DNA from: a candidate division WWE3 bacterium RIFCSPLOWO2_01_FULL_39_13
GTDB lineage: Bacteria; Patescibacteriota; WWE3; 2-01-FULL-39-13
Length of the DNA: 51,843 nt
Reading direction: 5' to 3'
NCBI GenBank assembly: GCA_001772665.1
Contig: MEVH01000022.1
Location: 1-51,843, forward strand
The notes under the pieces were generated by a model. The model saw nothing but the letters and a program-made list of their open reading frames with translations. It searched no databases and was not told where the DNA came from. The position numbers and the translations under genes were made by a program. This document shows positions 1 through 13,066 of this stretch, piece by piece (position 1 is the first letter of the stretch; the number at the start of each line of letters is the position of its first letter).

Positions 1-87
1 CAAAACCACACCAGCCAGAATTCCTATAATTACTATAACAATCAAAAGCTCAATTAATGTAAAACCTTTTTTATTTCTCGAAAACAT
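1..87 (-). CDS. Type IV pilin-like protein, N-terminal part only (ORF runs off the window edge)
   Basis: The reverse complement of 1-87 reads MFSRNKKGFTLIELLIVIVIIGILAGVVL. This is the prepilin cleavage/N-methylation motif (G|FTLIE) followed by a hydrophobic helix. The ATG is at 85-87. Confidence 0.8.
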   Translation of the reverse strand, partial: MFSRNKKGFTLIELLIVIVIIGILAGVVL

Positions 88-170
88 AATTCTTTAACAC
101 CCCCTCAAAACCAAATCCTAAAAAATAATATAAAGCCAGACTTGCTAACCTAAACCTACTAGCACTAAAC

Positions 171-653
171 TCACATATCCAACACACAGTCATAGACTGC
201 AGGATTTCCAGTATACTCCTGCAAGTTATTTGTTTGCCCAGTATTATAATAGTACCAGCAACGCAAATAACAGGACTTGTCATCAGAACCATTGCCAGGG
301 CGTAACAATCCAAACAAAAGATTATACGAACCATAATCCCGGTAATAATAATAAGAATTTTTTGGAGTGGGATTTGTACTAAAATTGTCTTCGACATAAT
401 CTCCATTGATGTCAACAAATCCTAAATCAGCCCAGGTTTTACATTTATCAGGGGTTGATGATGCAAAACACGAAAACATTGATAGGCACAGTTTTTCTGT
501 AGTTGCCTTAAGAACAGACTCAGCAGCCTTTCTCTGTGCTTTGGCTGGGTTTAAAACCGAAAGGACTACACCTGCCAAGATTCCTATGATAACAATAACA
601 ATAAGAAGCTCAATTAAAGTAAACGAGGATTTTTGGGCAGAAGTAAATTTCAT
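171..653 (-). CDS. Type IV pilin-like (prepilin-type N-terminal cleavage/methylation domain) protein
   Basis: ORF 171-671 was trimmed to the ATG at 651-653. It reads MKFTSAQKSSFTLIELLIVIVIIGILAGVV, followed by a Cys/Tyr-rich globular part. It lies next to the prepilin peptidase gene. Confidence 0.85.
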   Translation of the reverse strand: MKFTSAQKSSFTLIELLIVIVIIGILAGVVLSVLNPAKAQRKAAESVLKATTEKLCLSMFSCFASSTPDKCKTWADLGFVDINGDYVEDNFSTNPTPKNSYYYYRDYGSYNLLFGLLRPGNGSDDKSCYLRCWYYYNTGQTNNLQEYTGNPAVYDCVLDM

Positions 654-687
654 GATATATATTAAAACCAAACAAACTAAATCGATT

Positions 688-1545
688 CTAAATTAATCTT
701 AAATACAAGTCAAATAAAACTGATCCAAATAGAAATGAGACGACAAATCCAATTATCAAAAACGGCCCGAAGGGTATTTTGCTTTTAAGTTTTTTGCGAT
801 GGACGAGAACCAAAGCAACCCCGGTTACCGCGCCGGTAAAAAATGAAACAAACCACATAACAATAGAAAGCACAGAACCGAGAAACAATGCAAGGATTGC
901 CGACAGATATATATCACCCTCTCCCATTGCCTTTTTGTTCGATCCAAAATGCAAAATCGCAAAAAATAATCCCATTACAAGCGCAGAGATCAAATGCCCT
1001 TTTATAGAAACATAAAAAGAAACAAGACTAAGAAACTGAATCCCGATAGTCCCTAAGACTCCGCCGTGTGAGATCGAAACGTAATATACTAATCCGCCGA
1101 CTAAATATATTCCCGCAAGAAAATACAAATAAATATTTGGAATAACATAATATTTCAAATCAGTAAAAAATATAAGAAGCAAAGTTATCAAAAACAGAAA
1201 ATAGAAAATACCTGCAGGGATTAATTGGACAGAGAAGGATGCCATCCCCGGAAGGTTCGCCAGATAATACACCAGCCCCGCAAAAGCCAAACCCGTGGTC
1301 AATTCAACAACAGACAGCATCAAAGGAATCTTGCCATTGCAGTAACGGCACTTCCCTTTAAGACGCAGGTACGAGAAAACAGGAACAAGATCTTTTGGTT
1401 CAAGTGTATGTTTGCATAATTCACAATAAGACCTGCCTCTAAAAAACTGCTCGCCACGGTAAACCCTGTCAATAACAACATTTAAAAAAGACCCGATAAA
1501 AAGACCGAGAATAAATATCAACAAAAGAACTAACCATAGAATCAT
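688..1545 (-). CDS. pilD: Prepilin peptidase (A24 family, PilD-like)
   Basis: 285-aa polytopic membrane ORF. It has N-terminal paired CxxC motifs (CELCKHT...CRYCNGK) and a GEGD Asp motif typical of PilD/A24 peptidases. It sits in a pilin neighbourhood. Confidence 0.9.
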   Translation of the reverse strand: MILWLVLLLIFILGLFIGSFLNVVIDRVYRGEQFFRGRSYCELCKHTLEPKDLVPVFSYLRLKGKCRYCNGKIPLMLSVVELTTGLAFAGLVYYLANLPGMASFSVQLIPAGIFYFLFLITLLLIFFTDLKYYVIPNIYLYFLAGIYLVGGLVYYVSISHGGVLGTIGIQFLSLVSFYVSIKGHLISALVMGLFFAILHFGSNKKAMGEGDIYLSAILALFLGSVLSIVMWFVSFFTGAVTGVALVLVHRKKLKSKIPFGPFLIIGFVVSFLFGSVLFDLYLRLI

Positions 1546-1559
1546 GTGTTAAGTATATC

Positions 1560-2279
1560 CTAAAGGAGATTAGGAAGATTAACCAAAAAACTTTCGATTC
1601 CCAAAAGCGGGTTTGCATAACGAGATTTAATAGACTCTTTTACATACTGCAAATACCTTATCTGACCAGCAAAAGAAACCACATTTCGAAAATCTTCGGA
1701 CTTTGATACAGACGACTCTACCATAAGATCCCGCAAAGCAAGCTCCCAGACATTAAGAATTTCACAGGCACTATTTCGGTCTTTTATCAAGTCTTTATTT
1801 TTCACTGTCCAATCTATTCTCTTGCCAATTGAAGATTTTAAAAGAGACATAAAAATATCGCGGTATGCTTTTAACTCTTTAGCGTCTATACTCACGTCAT
1901 CTTTAAGTTCGTATATTCTGCAGCGCGACCTTAATGTCTGAATCAGGCTCAAATGATGATCAACACTGAATGCTACTAAAGCATAATCAGGAAGCTCCTC
2001 GATAGATTTTAAAAGAGAGTTCTGCGCCTCGATCGTAAGATACTGGGCATCTCTCACAAGAACCATTCGAAAACCAGAATAATCGGGCTTCAGATTAATA
2101 AAAGAGATAATCCGTTTTGCTTCATTGATAGAAATGGACTTTGCCGATTCGTCAAGACCTATAGAAAAGAAATCGGAATTAGCAGATAAAGACAAATCAG
2201 AAACATATTTTTTGAAAAAAGCGAGCGCCTTTGCCTCGCGCATTGACGTGTTTCCTTTAGATACTATAATTGCCTGCAT
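1560..2279 (-). CDS. holB: DNA polymerase III delta-prime (HolB)-like clamp-loader subunit with a degenerate P-loop
   Basis: The motif block SLLKSIEELPDYALVAFSVDHHLSLIQTLRSRCRIYEL matches the clamp-loader LLKTLEEP...TIxSRC signature. No GxxGxGK P-loop is visible in the N-terminus. Confidence 0.65.
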   Translation of the reverse strand: MQAIIVSKGNTSMREAKALAFFKKYVSDLSLSANSDFFSIGLDESAKSISINEAKRIISFINLKPDYSGFRMVLVRDAQYLTIEAQNSLLKSIEELPDYALVAFSVDHHLSLIQTLRSRCRIYELKDDVSIDAKELKAYRDIFMSLLKSSIGKRIDWTVKNKDLIKDRNSACEILNVWELALRDLMVESSVSKSEDFRNVVSFAGQIRYLQYVKESIKSRYANPLLGIESFLVNLPNLL

Positions 2280-2310
2280 TATCCTCTATGATATACTAAA
2301 ATTTGAAATA

Positions 2311-4098
2311 ATGACGACTAAATCTGCCCAAAAAATAGAGGAGCTTCTCCTTCAAAAGGGGCTGTTAACCCCCAACCAATATAGACAAATTCAAGATGAA
2401 CAGCTAAAAAACGGATTAAGCCCCGAAGAAATAATAAAACGCGACAAACTTGTAAACGATATTGATATAGCAAAGGCGATTTCAGAATTATCATCAATAG
2501 AATTTGTAGACCTTTCGCAAAAAATAATTCATGCACAAACAACAAAACTGATACAAGAAAGCATTGCAAGACAGTATGTATTAATGCCTTTCGAATATGA
2601 TAAAGCCTCAATAAGCATTGCAATGACAGATCCCTTCGATCTGCAAACCATAGAATTTCTTGAAAGAAGCACAGGATTAAAGGTTAAAACATATATAAGC
2701 ACTGAGGATATAATAAATACCGTAATAGAGCGGGAATACAGCAAAAGCCTTGGTAAAGACGTATCTGAGGCTATAGAACAGGCCACCGCAACTTCAACCA
2801 AAAAAATAAAAGAATCTCTCAAAAATATTGAGGAAGTCAACCAGGTAATAAAAGTCTCGCCCGTAGCGCAGATCGTAAGCGTCGTTCTTGAATATGCAGT
2901 AAAATCAGGAGCTTCTGATATCCACATAGAGCCTATGGAAGAAGGCACCAGACTAAGGTATAGAATTGACGGAGTTCTGCAGGAAAAATTTCCGCTCCCC
3001 AAGACCATACACAATTCAATAATCGCCCGAATAAAAATACTTGCCAACATGCCGATAGACGAAAGAAGAAAACCTCTTGACGGAAAATTCAAAGTAATTT
3101 TCGGAGAGACAAAAACCGATTTAAGGGTTTCTACTATGCCGACAGTATTTGGGGAGAAGGCTGTAATCAGACTTCTTAAAGATCAGAAAACCACATTCAC
3201 TCTTAACCAGCTTGGCATGTGGGGAGAAGGGCTCAAAAAAGTAGATGAGGCACTCAAACAGACCACAGGAATAATGCTGGTCACAGGTCCCACAGGTTCA
3301 GGAAAAACAGTTACGCTAGCCACATCACTCGATAAACTCAATACAATCCGGGTAAATATAATAACTCTAGAAGATCCAGTAGAAATAAGCATCTCCGGAG
3401 TAAACCAAGTGCAGATCAACCCTCAGGCAGGACTCACGTTTGCATCGGGCTTAAGATCAATCCTAAGGCAGGATCCTAATATTATAATGGTAGGAGAAAT
3501 TCGCGATGTAGAAACAGCCCGCCTGGCAATACAGGCAGCATTAACGGGTCACCTAGTTCTTGCAACACTCCATACCAACTCAGCTTCAGGGGCAATCCCG
3601 CGTTTAATTGACATGGGAGTTGAAACATTTTTGATAGCCTCAACTGTAAATGTAATTATGGCACAAAGGCTGACACGCCGAATATGCATCAACTGCATTG
3701 AATCATTTTCTCCTGAAGAAAAATTAAAAGAAGACATTAAAAACGTTCTAGGTGAAAGACTAATGAGAGCAGGTCTCGGACCATCTCCATTTGCCAAAAA
3801 CCAGTATGCTGACAAAACCGCTAAACCTGCAGAAAACTCTAATAATGAAATTAAACTTTATAGAGGAAAGGGATGTGACAGGTGCAACAATACCGGATAT
3901 AAAGGAAGAATAGGTATATACGAAGTGATGTCCGTAAATTCTGAAATTCAAAAGTTAGCCGAGAATAATGCCCCTTCTGACGAGATACAAAAAAAGGCTG
4001 TAGAAAATGGTATGATCACATTAGTTCAGGACGGCTACTTGAAGGCGTTGTGGGGAGTTACTACAATAGAAGAGGTACTGTCCGTTGCGGATGAATAA
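2311..4098 (+). CDS. pilB: Type IV pilus assembly ATPase PilB (GspE family)
   Basis: Walker A is GPTGSGKT. The tetracysteine motif is CINC...CDRC. The protein is GspE-like throughout. ORF 2125-4098 was trimmed to the ATG at 2311 (MTTKSAQ) because the upstream extension overlaps holB. Confidence 0.9.
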   Translation: MTTKSAQKIEELLLQKGLLTPNQYRQIQDEQLKNGLSPEEIIKRDKLVNDIDIAKAISELSSIEFVDLSQKIIHAQTTKLIQESIARQYVLMPFEYDKASISIAMTDPFDLQTIEFLERSTGLKVKTYISTEDIINTVIEREYSKSLGKDVSEAIEQATATSTKKIKESLKNIEEVNQVIKVSPVAQIVSVVLEYAVKSGASDIHIEPMEEGTRLRYRIDGVLQEKFPLPKTIHNSIIARIKILANMPIDERRKPLDGKFKVIFGETKTDLRVSTMPTVFGEKAVIRLLKDQKTTFTLNQLGMWGEGLKKVDEALKQTTGIMLVTGPTGSGKTVTLATSLDKLNTIRVNIITLEDPVEISISGVNQVQINPQAGLTFASGLRSILRQDPNIIMVGEIRDVETARLAIQAALTGHLVLATLHTNSASGAIPRLIDMGVETFLIASTVNVIMAQRLTRRICINCIESFSPEEKLKEDIKNVLGERLMRAGLGPSPFAKNQYADKTAKPAENSNNEIKLYRGKGCDRCNNTGYKGRIGIYEVMSVNSEIQKLAENNAPSDEIQKKAVENGMITLVQDGYLKALWGVTTIEEVLSVADE

Positions 4099-4128
4099 AA
4101 GTGCTTAGTTTAATTTGCAAACCCAAAT

Positions 4129-5232
4129 ATGGATGACAACCAGAATAAAAATTCACAGATTGATGTTGATGAAATTTTCAGGCGCGGTATAAAAGAAGGC
4201 GCATCTGACGTTCATCTAAGCAACGGACTCCCGCCGACTATCCGCGTAACAGGAGTCCTTAAGCCTTTACCCGAGTTTGGGAAGATCCACGATTTCGATA
4301 TAGAATTTTTTGTTGCTAAAGTATTAAATGAAAAACAGCTTGGAAATCTGTATCAAAACAAAGAACTGGATACTTCGTATGAACTTGGAAATAAAGAAAG
4401 ATTTAGAATGAATGTATTTTTTGACAGGGGAAAGCTGGCACTTACCGCTAGGCTTATTCCCCCGAGAATTCCGACTTTAGAAGAACTTAACCTTCCGACA
4501 ACATTATATGAATTCTGCAAGCTTCCGCATGGGTTAGTTCTTGTAACGGGACCGGCCGGAGTGGGTAAATCATCAACGCTTGCTGCAATGATTAACTGGA
4601 TAAATAACAATAAAAATAAACACATACTCACAATAGAAGATCCAATTGAGTATGCATTCACATCCAATAAATCCCTTATGAGACAAAGAGAGCTGAATGT
4701 AGACACTTTGAGCTGGGCAGGAGCACTCCGCTCAGCTTTAAGAGAAAATGTTGATGTTATACTTGTCGGAGAAATCAGGGATTTTCCTACAATGGAGCTC
4801 GCGATAACAGCAACAGAAAAGGGACACCTGGTTTTTGCCACGATACATACTTATTCTGCTGCCCAGACCCTTGACCACATAATAGGGATGGCTCCCGAGC
4901 ATCAGCAGGCTCAAATCAGGATGCAGATAGCATCGGTTTTAGAAGGAGTTGTTACACAAACTCTTATAAGAGGCGTGGATCAGAGCAAAAGATTTCCGGC
5001 TCTAGAAATTCTTCTTTTGACTAACGCAGTAAGAAATACAATTAGAGAAGGAAACACTCACTTCATAAATAACATAATTAATACAAGCTACGATATTGGT
5101 ATGAATTCTATGGAAAGATCATTAGCATCACTCGTAAGCGAAGGGAAGATAGAGCTTGACGAAGCCTTGACGCATACACTTAATCAGGATGATGTCATAA
5201 GGTACCTAAAACCAAAGAAACAAAAACAATGA
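4129..5232 (+). CDS. pilT: Type IV pilus retraction ATPase PilT
   Basis: 367 aa. Walker A is GPAGVGKSS. The layout is PilT-like (ASDVHL..., ILVGEIRD, TGHLVFATIHT). Confidence 0.9.
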   Translation: MDDNQNKNSQIDVDEIFRRGIKEGASDVHLSNGLPPTIRVTGVLKPLPEFGKIHDFDIEFFVAKVLNEKQLGNLYQNKELDTSYELGNKERFRMNVFFDRGKLALTARLIPPRIPTLEELNLPTTLYEFCKLPHGLVLVTGPAGVGKSSTLAAMINWINNNKNKHILTIEDPIEYAFTSNKSLMRQRELNVDTLSWAGALRSALRENVDVILVGEIRDFPTMELAITATEKGHLVFATIHTYSAAQTLDHIIGMAPEHQQAQIRMQIASVLEGVVTQTLIRGVDQSKRFPALEILLLTNAVRNTIREGNTHFINNIINTSYDIGMNSMERSLASLVSEGKIELDEALTHTLNQDDVIRYLKPKKQKQ

Positions 5233-6437
5233 GGTATAAATATTCTGCCAAAACCAGAGACGGACTTCAAAACAAAACCGGAGAGATAGAGGCCACAAAT
5301 CAGAGAGTTGCCATAACAATGCTAAGAGAAAGCGGGCTGGTAATTTACTCGCTTGTTCCAATGGCTGATAATTCCGGGATTATAGGATTTTTAAACAGCA
5401 TTAGAGGTATATCGCTAAATGACAAAGTTGAATTCACCCAGCAGATCGCAAGCATGATATCGGCGGGGCTTCCTCTTCCAAAGGCTCTTGGAATACTTAC
5501 ACAACAGTCAGGCAACCCGCAAATGGGAAAAATAGTCCAGAACATCCTTTCAGATATTGAAGGAGGCAACACCCTCTCGGCAAGTCTTGAAAGGCAGGGC
5601 GAAGCTTTTTCTAGAAGCTACATCAGCCTTATCAAAGCCGGCGAAGCCTCGGGAAAACTTGACGATGTCATGAAAAGGCTGGCTCATACACTTGAAAAGC
5701 AAAGACAGTTCAGAGGTAAAGTTCAAGGCGCTTTAATTTATCCGGCAATAATTACAACAGCAATGATTCTGGTTTTTACGCTAATCGTCCTTTATGTTGT
5801 CCCGAAAATGACAGCGGTTTATGAATCATTTGATATAGACCTTCCCGCAAGCACGGTTTTTATGATAAACCTGTCAAAATTTTTAGGAACATATTGGTGG
5901 GCAGTGCTTGGCGGGACCGTGGCATTTGTTATCGGATTTAAATTTTTCTCAAGAACTGAGTTTGGGAGCTACCTGGTAAACCGCGTAACATTCAAACTGC
6001 CAATATTCGGAGCCCTCGTAAAAAACTCTGATATTGTTGAATTCACAAGAACACTCGGGCTTTTGACTAATGCTGGAGTCCCAATAATTGAAGCGCTTGA
6101 AATAGTACACAACTCTGTCAGCAGCATTATATTTAAAGATTCAATAGACAGGTTTGTTGATGATGTCAGACATGGATATCCGCTGTCTCAAACTGTTGCG
6201 AAAGAAGTTGAATTCCCAATGCTGGTTTCTCAAATGCTTTCAGTAGGCGAGGAAACCGGAACAGTAGGAGAACGCCTGAACAGCCTGTCTGCTTACTATG
6301 AAGAAGAAGTCGACAAGGTAGTAAAAAACCTTTCTACAGCAATCGAACCTGTAATAATGGTACTCCTTGGCGGAATGGTTCTCATGCTTATAATGGCAGT
6401 AATTCTTCCGATATATCAAATAACAAGCAGCTTTTAA
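5229..6437 (+). CDS. pilC: Type IV pilus platform protein PilC (GspF family)
   Basis: 402 aa with duplicated GspF-type domains and three TM segments. Its start overlaps the pilT stop (ATGA). Confidence 0.9.
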   Translation: MRYKYSAKTRDGLQNKTGEIEATNQRVAITMLRESGLVIYSLVPMADNSGIIGFLNSIRGISLNDKVEFTQQIASMISAGLPLPKALGILTQQSGNPQMGKIVQNILSDIEGGNTLSASLERQGEAFSRSYISLIKAGEASGKLDDVMKRLAHTLEKQRQFRGKVQGALIYPAIITTAMILVFTLIVLYVVPKMTAVYESFDIDLPASTVFMINLSKFLGTYWWAVLGGTVAFVIGFKFFSRTEFGSYLVNRVTFKLPIFGALVKNSDIVEFTRTLGLLTNAGVPIIEALEIVHNSVSSIIFKDSIDRFVDDVRHGYPLSQTVAKEVEFPMLVSQMLSVGEETGTVGERLNSLSAYYEEEVDKVVKNLSTAIEPVIMVLLGGMVLMLIMAVILPIYQITSSF

Positions 6438-6547
6438 ATTCGATAAACAATAATTAGTCCGCTTCTGTCTCTTAATTCCACTGATATGACGGCCTTTTTC
6501 TCTGTTTTCATCCCTGGACTTGGCTGTCTGCTCCTGATACACTATAA

Positions 6548-8530
<1,983 letters not shown>

Positions 8531-8533
8531 ATT

Positions 8534-9760
8534 ATGATTAAACTGATTAACTCAAAAGTACTGCAGTATTTAGTAATTATTGTTTTTATTCGTTTTCTGT
8601 TTGGATTCTCGCTTTTTATCTTAGCCGGATATCTCGCGGGACTACTTATTTTCAATTTATCATCGCGCATTAATTCAAAGAGTACAATCAACCAGAATAT
8701 ATTTTTAGTAATCTTTGGAATAGCAGTAGTTTTGCTGTTTAATAATAATCCCCTTATGACTGCATCCTTTTTGATAGGAGCAAATACAGCCAATTATTTT
8801 TTGCGCCTCGGTTCAACAAACAGCATGCACAATACGGCAGTAAATCTTTTAAACATAATATGCCTTTCTGGTATCACTCTTGTAAGCGGAATACAAAAGT
8901 TCAGAGGATTCAATAACCTAGATCCTTTTAATATAGAAATAAGTATTCCTCTTTTTATTTTGACAATTCTTGCCGGATATTTTTTGCTTAAGGCAATCTC
9001 AGGCTTTCTCAGCTTAAGAAAAATAAATCCAGTGCACTCGGCGGTAGTCACCACTGCTGTACTTGGATTATCTTCGTATTTCATATCCTACAGCTTTTTT
9101 AAAGAAATAGGCACAGAAACAATAGCTGTTCCATTAATCGGAGGTCTTTTGACCGCGCTTCTAAATGTAATTATCAAAGGCAAGAATATCGCCAAAGTTA
9201 TTTTAGAGATATTTTTTCTTCTGATAGTTCCATATCAGATGGCAGGGCTTACCGGAATACTTTTATCCATGCTCAGCTATGCTCTTTTGTCTGAAAGCTT
9301 TTCTTCTGCTATTTGGGAGAAAATTTCAATAGAGAAAATATCATATCTTGCGCTTGCTCCAATACTCTTTTTGTTTGCATCGTCTGAAATACGCGAAAAC
9401 GAGGGTCTTATTACACGGTTCAATTTAGCAAGCGGATACCAGACTGGATGGCTATTCGTATCGCTGGCAATTTATATATATTTCCCGAAAATGCTTGACA
9501 CTTTGAAAAATTTCTTTAAAAGCAACGAAATAGTGCAGTTCTTTCCATTAACGGCACTTTTAATCTGTCTTGCTGTACTGATTTTTATTTTCAGGACAGG
9601 AAGAGATGAAGCAGTATCATCTTTAATAATTGCAGGAGGTGTTTATTTATTTATAAATAGTTTGTCAGGCGAAAAAGGGGAAGGCGAAAGCCGATCTGTT
9701 ATCTCAGCGGTGGCTAACTTTGCCGGATCAATTGCTCTTTTTGCGCTTGCTAAAATTTAA
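8534..9760 (+). CDS. Polytopic membrane protein of unknown function
   Basis: 408-aa ORF with about 10 or more hydrophobic segments. It starts 3 nt after the gyrB stop and ends 2 nt before ppa. No family was recognised. Confidence 0.6.
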   Translation: MIKLINSKVLQYLVIIVFIRFLFGFSLFILAGYLAGLLIFNLSSRINSKSTINQNIFLVIFGIAVVLLFNNNPLMTASFLIGANTANYFLRLGSTNSMHNTAVNLLNIICLSGITLVSGIQKFRGFNNLDPFNIEISIPLFILTILAGYFLLKAISGFLSLRKINPVHSAVVTTAVLGLSSYFISYSFFKEIGTETIAVPLIGGLLTALLNVIIKGKNIAKVILEIFFLLIVPYQMAGLTGILLSMLSYALLSESFSSAIWEKISIEKISYLALAPILFLFASSEIRENEGLITRFNLASGYQTGWLFVSLAIYIYFPKMLDTLKNFFKSNEIVQFFPLTALLICLAVLIFIFRTGRDEAVSSLIIAGGVYLFINSLSGEKGEGESRSVISAVANFAGSIALFALAKI

Positions 9761-9762
9761 AA

Positions 9763-10341
9763 ATGAATCTTTTTCATGGAATAAAACAGGACAAAGCTCC
9801 TCAGGTGTTAAAATTAGTTTCTGAAATCGCTAAGGGAGATTTTGTAAAATATGAGTATAACAACGAGTATGGGGTACTTGAAGTAGATAGAATTCTGTAC
9901 GGTCCGGTTCATTACCCGGTTGTTTATGCAGATGTTCCGCGTACCTGGAATACACATGACGGCGATCCGCTTGATGCTGTTGTATATACTACAGGAAATA
10001 TTGTCCCCGGCGCCATAGTCCACGGAAGAGTTGTCGGCCTTATGGGAATGCTTGACAATAATGAAGAAGATTCAAAAATTATCTGTGTAAATGACCGCGA
10101 TCCAAGATATTCTCATGTTAATGGTGTTAAGGATCTCCCTGAATATGAATTAAAAGATCTGCAGACATTTATGGAGACTTACAAATACGCGCAGACCGGC
10201 CCAGGAACAGTTAAAATAACAGGCTTTAAGGACAAAGAGGAAGCTTACAAGCTTATCGAATGGTCCATGAAAGAGTACGAAAAAAAGTTTAAAGACCAGA
10301 AGAGGAGGTTTGAACCGCCGGCTGATCCAGCAGTTCTTTAA
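9763..10341 (+). CDS. ppa: Inorganic pyrophosphatase (family I)
   Basis: [12 protein letters not shown]...[11 protein letters not shown]...DGDPLDAVV...[10 protein letters not shown] matches the family I PPase active-site pattern. Confidence 0.85.
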   Translation: MNLFHGIKQDKAPQVLKLVSEIAKGDFVKYEYNNEYGVLEVDRILYGPVHYPVVYADVPRTWNTHDGDPLDAVVYTTGNIVPGAIVHGRVVGLMGMLDNNEEDSKIICVNDRDPRYSHVNGVKDLPEYELKDLQTFMETYKYAQTGPGTVKITGFKDKEEAYKLIEWSMKEYEKKFKDQKRRFEPPADPAVL

Positions 10342-10388
10342 TTAGAGACCTGCTTTCGAATCAGTTAACCGTACCGAGGATAAATACT

Positions 10389-13043
10389 ATGGCAGACGAC
10401 GACGAAAACAAACAAATAATGGGGCTGGCAGATGGCGGAACACAAAATCCTCGTCAAGCCGATAACGAGGAGCAGAATGTTGTTATCGACCCCAATAGAG
10501 GAAAAGTAATAATAACTCCAATATCCAAAGAGATGCAAAAGGCTTATCTGGACTATGCAATGAGTGTAATAGTTGCCAGAGCTCTCCCCGACGTAAGAGA
10601 CGGGCTGAAACCAGTGCAAAGAAGAATCGTTTTTGCTGCAAATGACATGCACCTTGATGCAGACGCAAGATATAGCAAATCTGCAAAGCTTGTCGGCGAG
10701 GTTATAGGAAAGTATCATCCTCATGCGGATACATCCATTTACGAAGCTCTTGTTCACATAGCGCAGGATTTCAAGTTAAGGTATCCGCTTATAGACGGAC
10801 AGGGCAACTTTGGAAATGTTGACGGCGATCCGGCAGCTGCCATGAGGTACACCGAGTGCAGGCTCGAAAGAATCGCCGATCACCTTTTAAAAGACATTGA
10901 TAAAGATACGGTAGACTTCGTTGATAACTATTCGGTGGAGTATAAAGAGCCGTTGGTTCTTCCTTCTGTAATTCCGAACCTTATGATGAATGGCGCCATT
11001 GGAATAGCGGTTGGGATGGCAACAAATATTCCTCCCCATAATCTAGGTGAGCTTATCGATGGAATAGTATTATCTCTTGATAAAGGTAAAGCCAATACGA
11101 CAGGAACAGAAACAAAGGTTATCAAGGCATATGATCTTATTGAAACCACAGTTGATATAAATCCATGGGACATCACAAACAGCCTAAGTTTAGAGGAGCT
11201 TGCAGAAGTAATAAAGGGGCCTGACTTTCCAACGGGATGTACTATTTATGACCGATCCGAGACTTTAAGCTACTTTGCAACAGGCCGGGGCAAAATTATC
11301 CAACAGGGAAAGGCAAAGATCGAAGAGCTGAAAAACGGCAGGTACGCAATTATTATTTCAGAGATCCCATTTCAGGTTAATAAATCGTCGCTTGTAGAAA
11401 AAATTGCTGAACTTGTAACTAACAAAAAAATCAAAGAAATAAGTGAGATAAGAGATGAAAGCAGCAAGAAGGATCTTAAGATAGTCGTTGAGCTCAAAAA
11501 AGAAGGCCGTCCTCAAAAGATTCTGAACTCGCTTTATAAATATACTCCTCTTCAATCTGCTTTTAATGTCAACATGCTGGCACTGGTCAACGGTGAACCT
11601 GAAACGCTCGGATTAAAGCAATACATAGAAGAATTTATCAAACACAGAAGAAATGTTGTAACCAGAAGAACTATTTACGATCTGAAAAAAGCCCGCGAGC
11701 GGGAGCACATTTTAGAGGGATTAAAAATAGCCCTTGATTTTATTGATGAGGTAATTGACCTTATCAGAAAATCCCAAGATTCTGATGAGGCGAAAGATAA
11801 ACTTGTAAAAAGATTCAATCTGACAGAAATTCAGGCGCAGGCGATTTTAGATATGCAGCTTAGAAGGCTCGCTGCTTTAGAAAGAGAAAAAATCGAAAAT
11901 GAACTTGCCGAAATTCAGAAAAACATCAATAGATTTATCTTGATACTCAAAAGTCCCGAAGAGATGATAAAAATCATTAAATCAGAGCTTCTTGAAATAA
12001 AGGATAAGTTTGCAGATCAAAGAAAAACCAAAGTTGTCAAAGGCCGGGTAGGCGAATTCGAAGAAGAGGATTTAATATCAAATGAAAGTACCCTGATTTC
12101 AATTACTGAGTCAGGATATATTAAAAGGATAAAACCGTCGACATATAAAATTCAAAGTCGTGGCGGAAAGGGCGTAATGGGAGCAAAAATCAAGTCAGAG
12201 GATGAGGTGTCTATGCTCAGGCATGCCGAAACACACGACAGAATATTATTTTTGTCAGACAAAGGGAAAATTTATGAAAAGCGCGTCTGGGATATACCCG
12301 AAGGATCACGCACAAGCAAAGGAACTGCAGTTGTGAATCTTCTTGAAATGGAATCAAGCGAAAGACTTGCCGAAGTAATAACTCTTGATAAAGAAGCAGA
12401 AAAGAAAAAGGATAAAATGTTCCTTTTGACAGCAACAAAACTTGGGCAGATCAAAAAGACAGAAATTTCACAGTTTGAAAACATAAGAAGAACGGGAATT
12501 GTTGCAATAAGCCTAAAGCCCAGCGATTTTGTTATAAGCACAAAACTGACAGACGGCAGCAATGATGTTATTCTCGTAAGCTCAAAAGGCAAATCTATAA
12601 GGTTTAAAGAAAAGGATGTGAGACCGATGGGAAGATCAGCTTCAGGAGTTCGGGGAATTAAGATAAAAGGAGACGACTATGTTGTCAGTATGGAGGTCAT
12701 CTCAAACAGAGATAAAGACAGCGGAAAGCTTTTCACCCTTACTTCACACGGATACGGCAAAATGAGCAGTTTATTAGACTTCTCTATACAAAACCGCGGG
12801 GGAAGCGGAATAATCGCACATAAAACTACTCCAAAAACAGGAAGTGTAGTGTGCGTTAAAATAATCGATATAGAGTCCAAATCCAATGATATATTGATTA
12901 CATCCGAGCAGGGGCAGATAATAAGAATCCCAGTCACATCAGTCCCAACTCTTACAAACCGCAGTACCCAGGGAGTAATACTTATGAGACTCAATTCAGG
13001 CGACATGGTATCTGCAGCAACGATATTCGAGAAAGAGGAATAA
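10389..13043 (+). CDS. gyrA: DNA gyrase subunit A
   Basis: The block [18 protein letters not shown]...[13 protein letters not shown]...[10 protein letters not shown] contains the catalytic Tyr region. C-terminal beta-pinwheel repeats are present. A GAGGA Shine-Dalgarno sequence lies upstream. Confidence 0.97.
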   Translation: MADDDENKQIMGLADGGTQNPRQADNEEQNVVIDPNRGKVIITPISKEMQKAYLDYAMSVIVARALPDVRDGLKPVQRRIVFAANDMHLDADARYSKSAKLVGEVIGKYHPHADTSIYEALVHIAQDFKLRYPLIDGQGNFGNVDGDPAAAMRYTECRLERIADHLLKDIDKDTVDFVDNYSVEYKEPLVLPSVIPNLMMNGAIGIAVGMATNIPPHNLGELIDGIVLSLDKGKANTTGTETKVIKAYDLIETTVDINPWDITNSLSLEELAEVIKGPDFPTGCTIYDRSETLSYFATGRGKIIQQGKAKIEELKNGRYAIIISEIPFQVNKSSLVEKIAELVTNKKIKEISEIRDESSKKDLKIVVELKKEGRPQKILNSLYKYTPLQSAFNVNMLALVNGEPETLGLKQYIEEFIKHRRNVVTRRTIYDLKKAREREHILEGLKIALDFIDEVIDLIRKSQDSDEAKDKLVKRFNLTEIQAQAILDMQLRRLAALEREKIENELAEIQKNINRFILILKSPEEMIKIIKSELLEIKDKFADQRKTKVVKGRVGEFEEEDLISNESTLISITESGYIKRIKPSTYKIQSRGGKGVMGAKIKSEDEVSMLRHAETHDRILFLSDKGKIYEKRVWDIPEGSRTSKGTAVVNLLEMESSERLAEVITLDKEAEKKKDKMFLLTATKLGQIKKTEISQFENIRRTGIVAISLKPSDFVISTKLTDGSNDVILVSSKGKSIRFKEKDVRPMGRSASGVRGIKIKGDDYVVSMEVISNRDKDSGKLFTLTSHGYGKMSSLLDFSIQNRGGSGIIAHKTTPKTGSVVCVKIIDIESKSNDILITSEQGQIIRIPVTSVPTLTNRSTQGVILMRLNSGDMVSAATIFEKEE

Positions 13044-13066
13044 ACAAAGTCTGATATTATTAATAC

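Noticed and set aside
2125-2310. Long N-terminal extension of the pilB ORF
   Set aside because: The extension overlaps the holB-like gene on the opposite strand and has no GspE similarity. The ATG at 2311 begins the conserved sequence.
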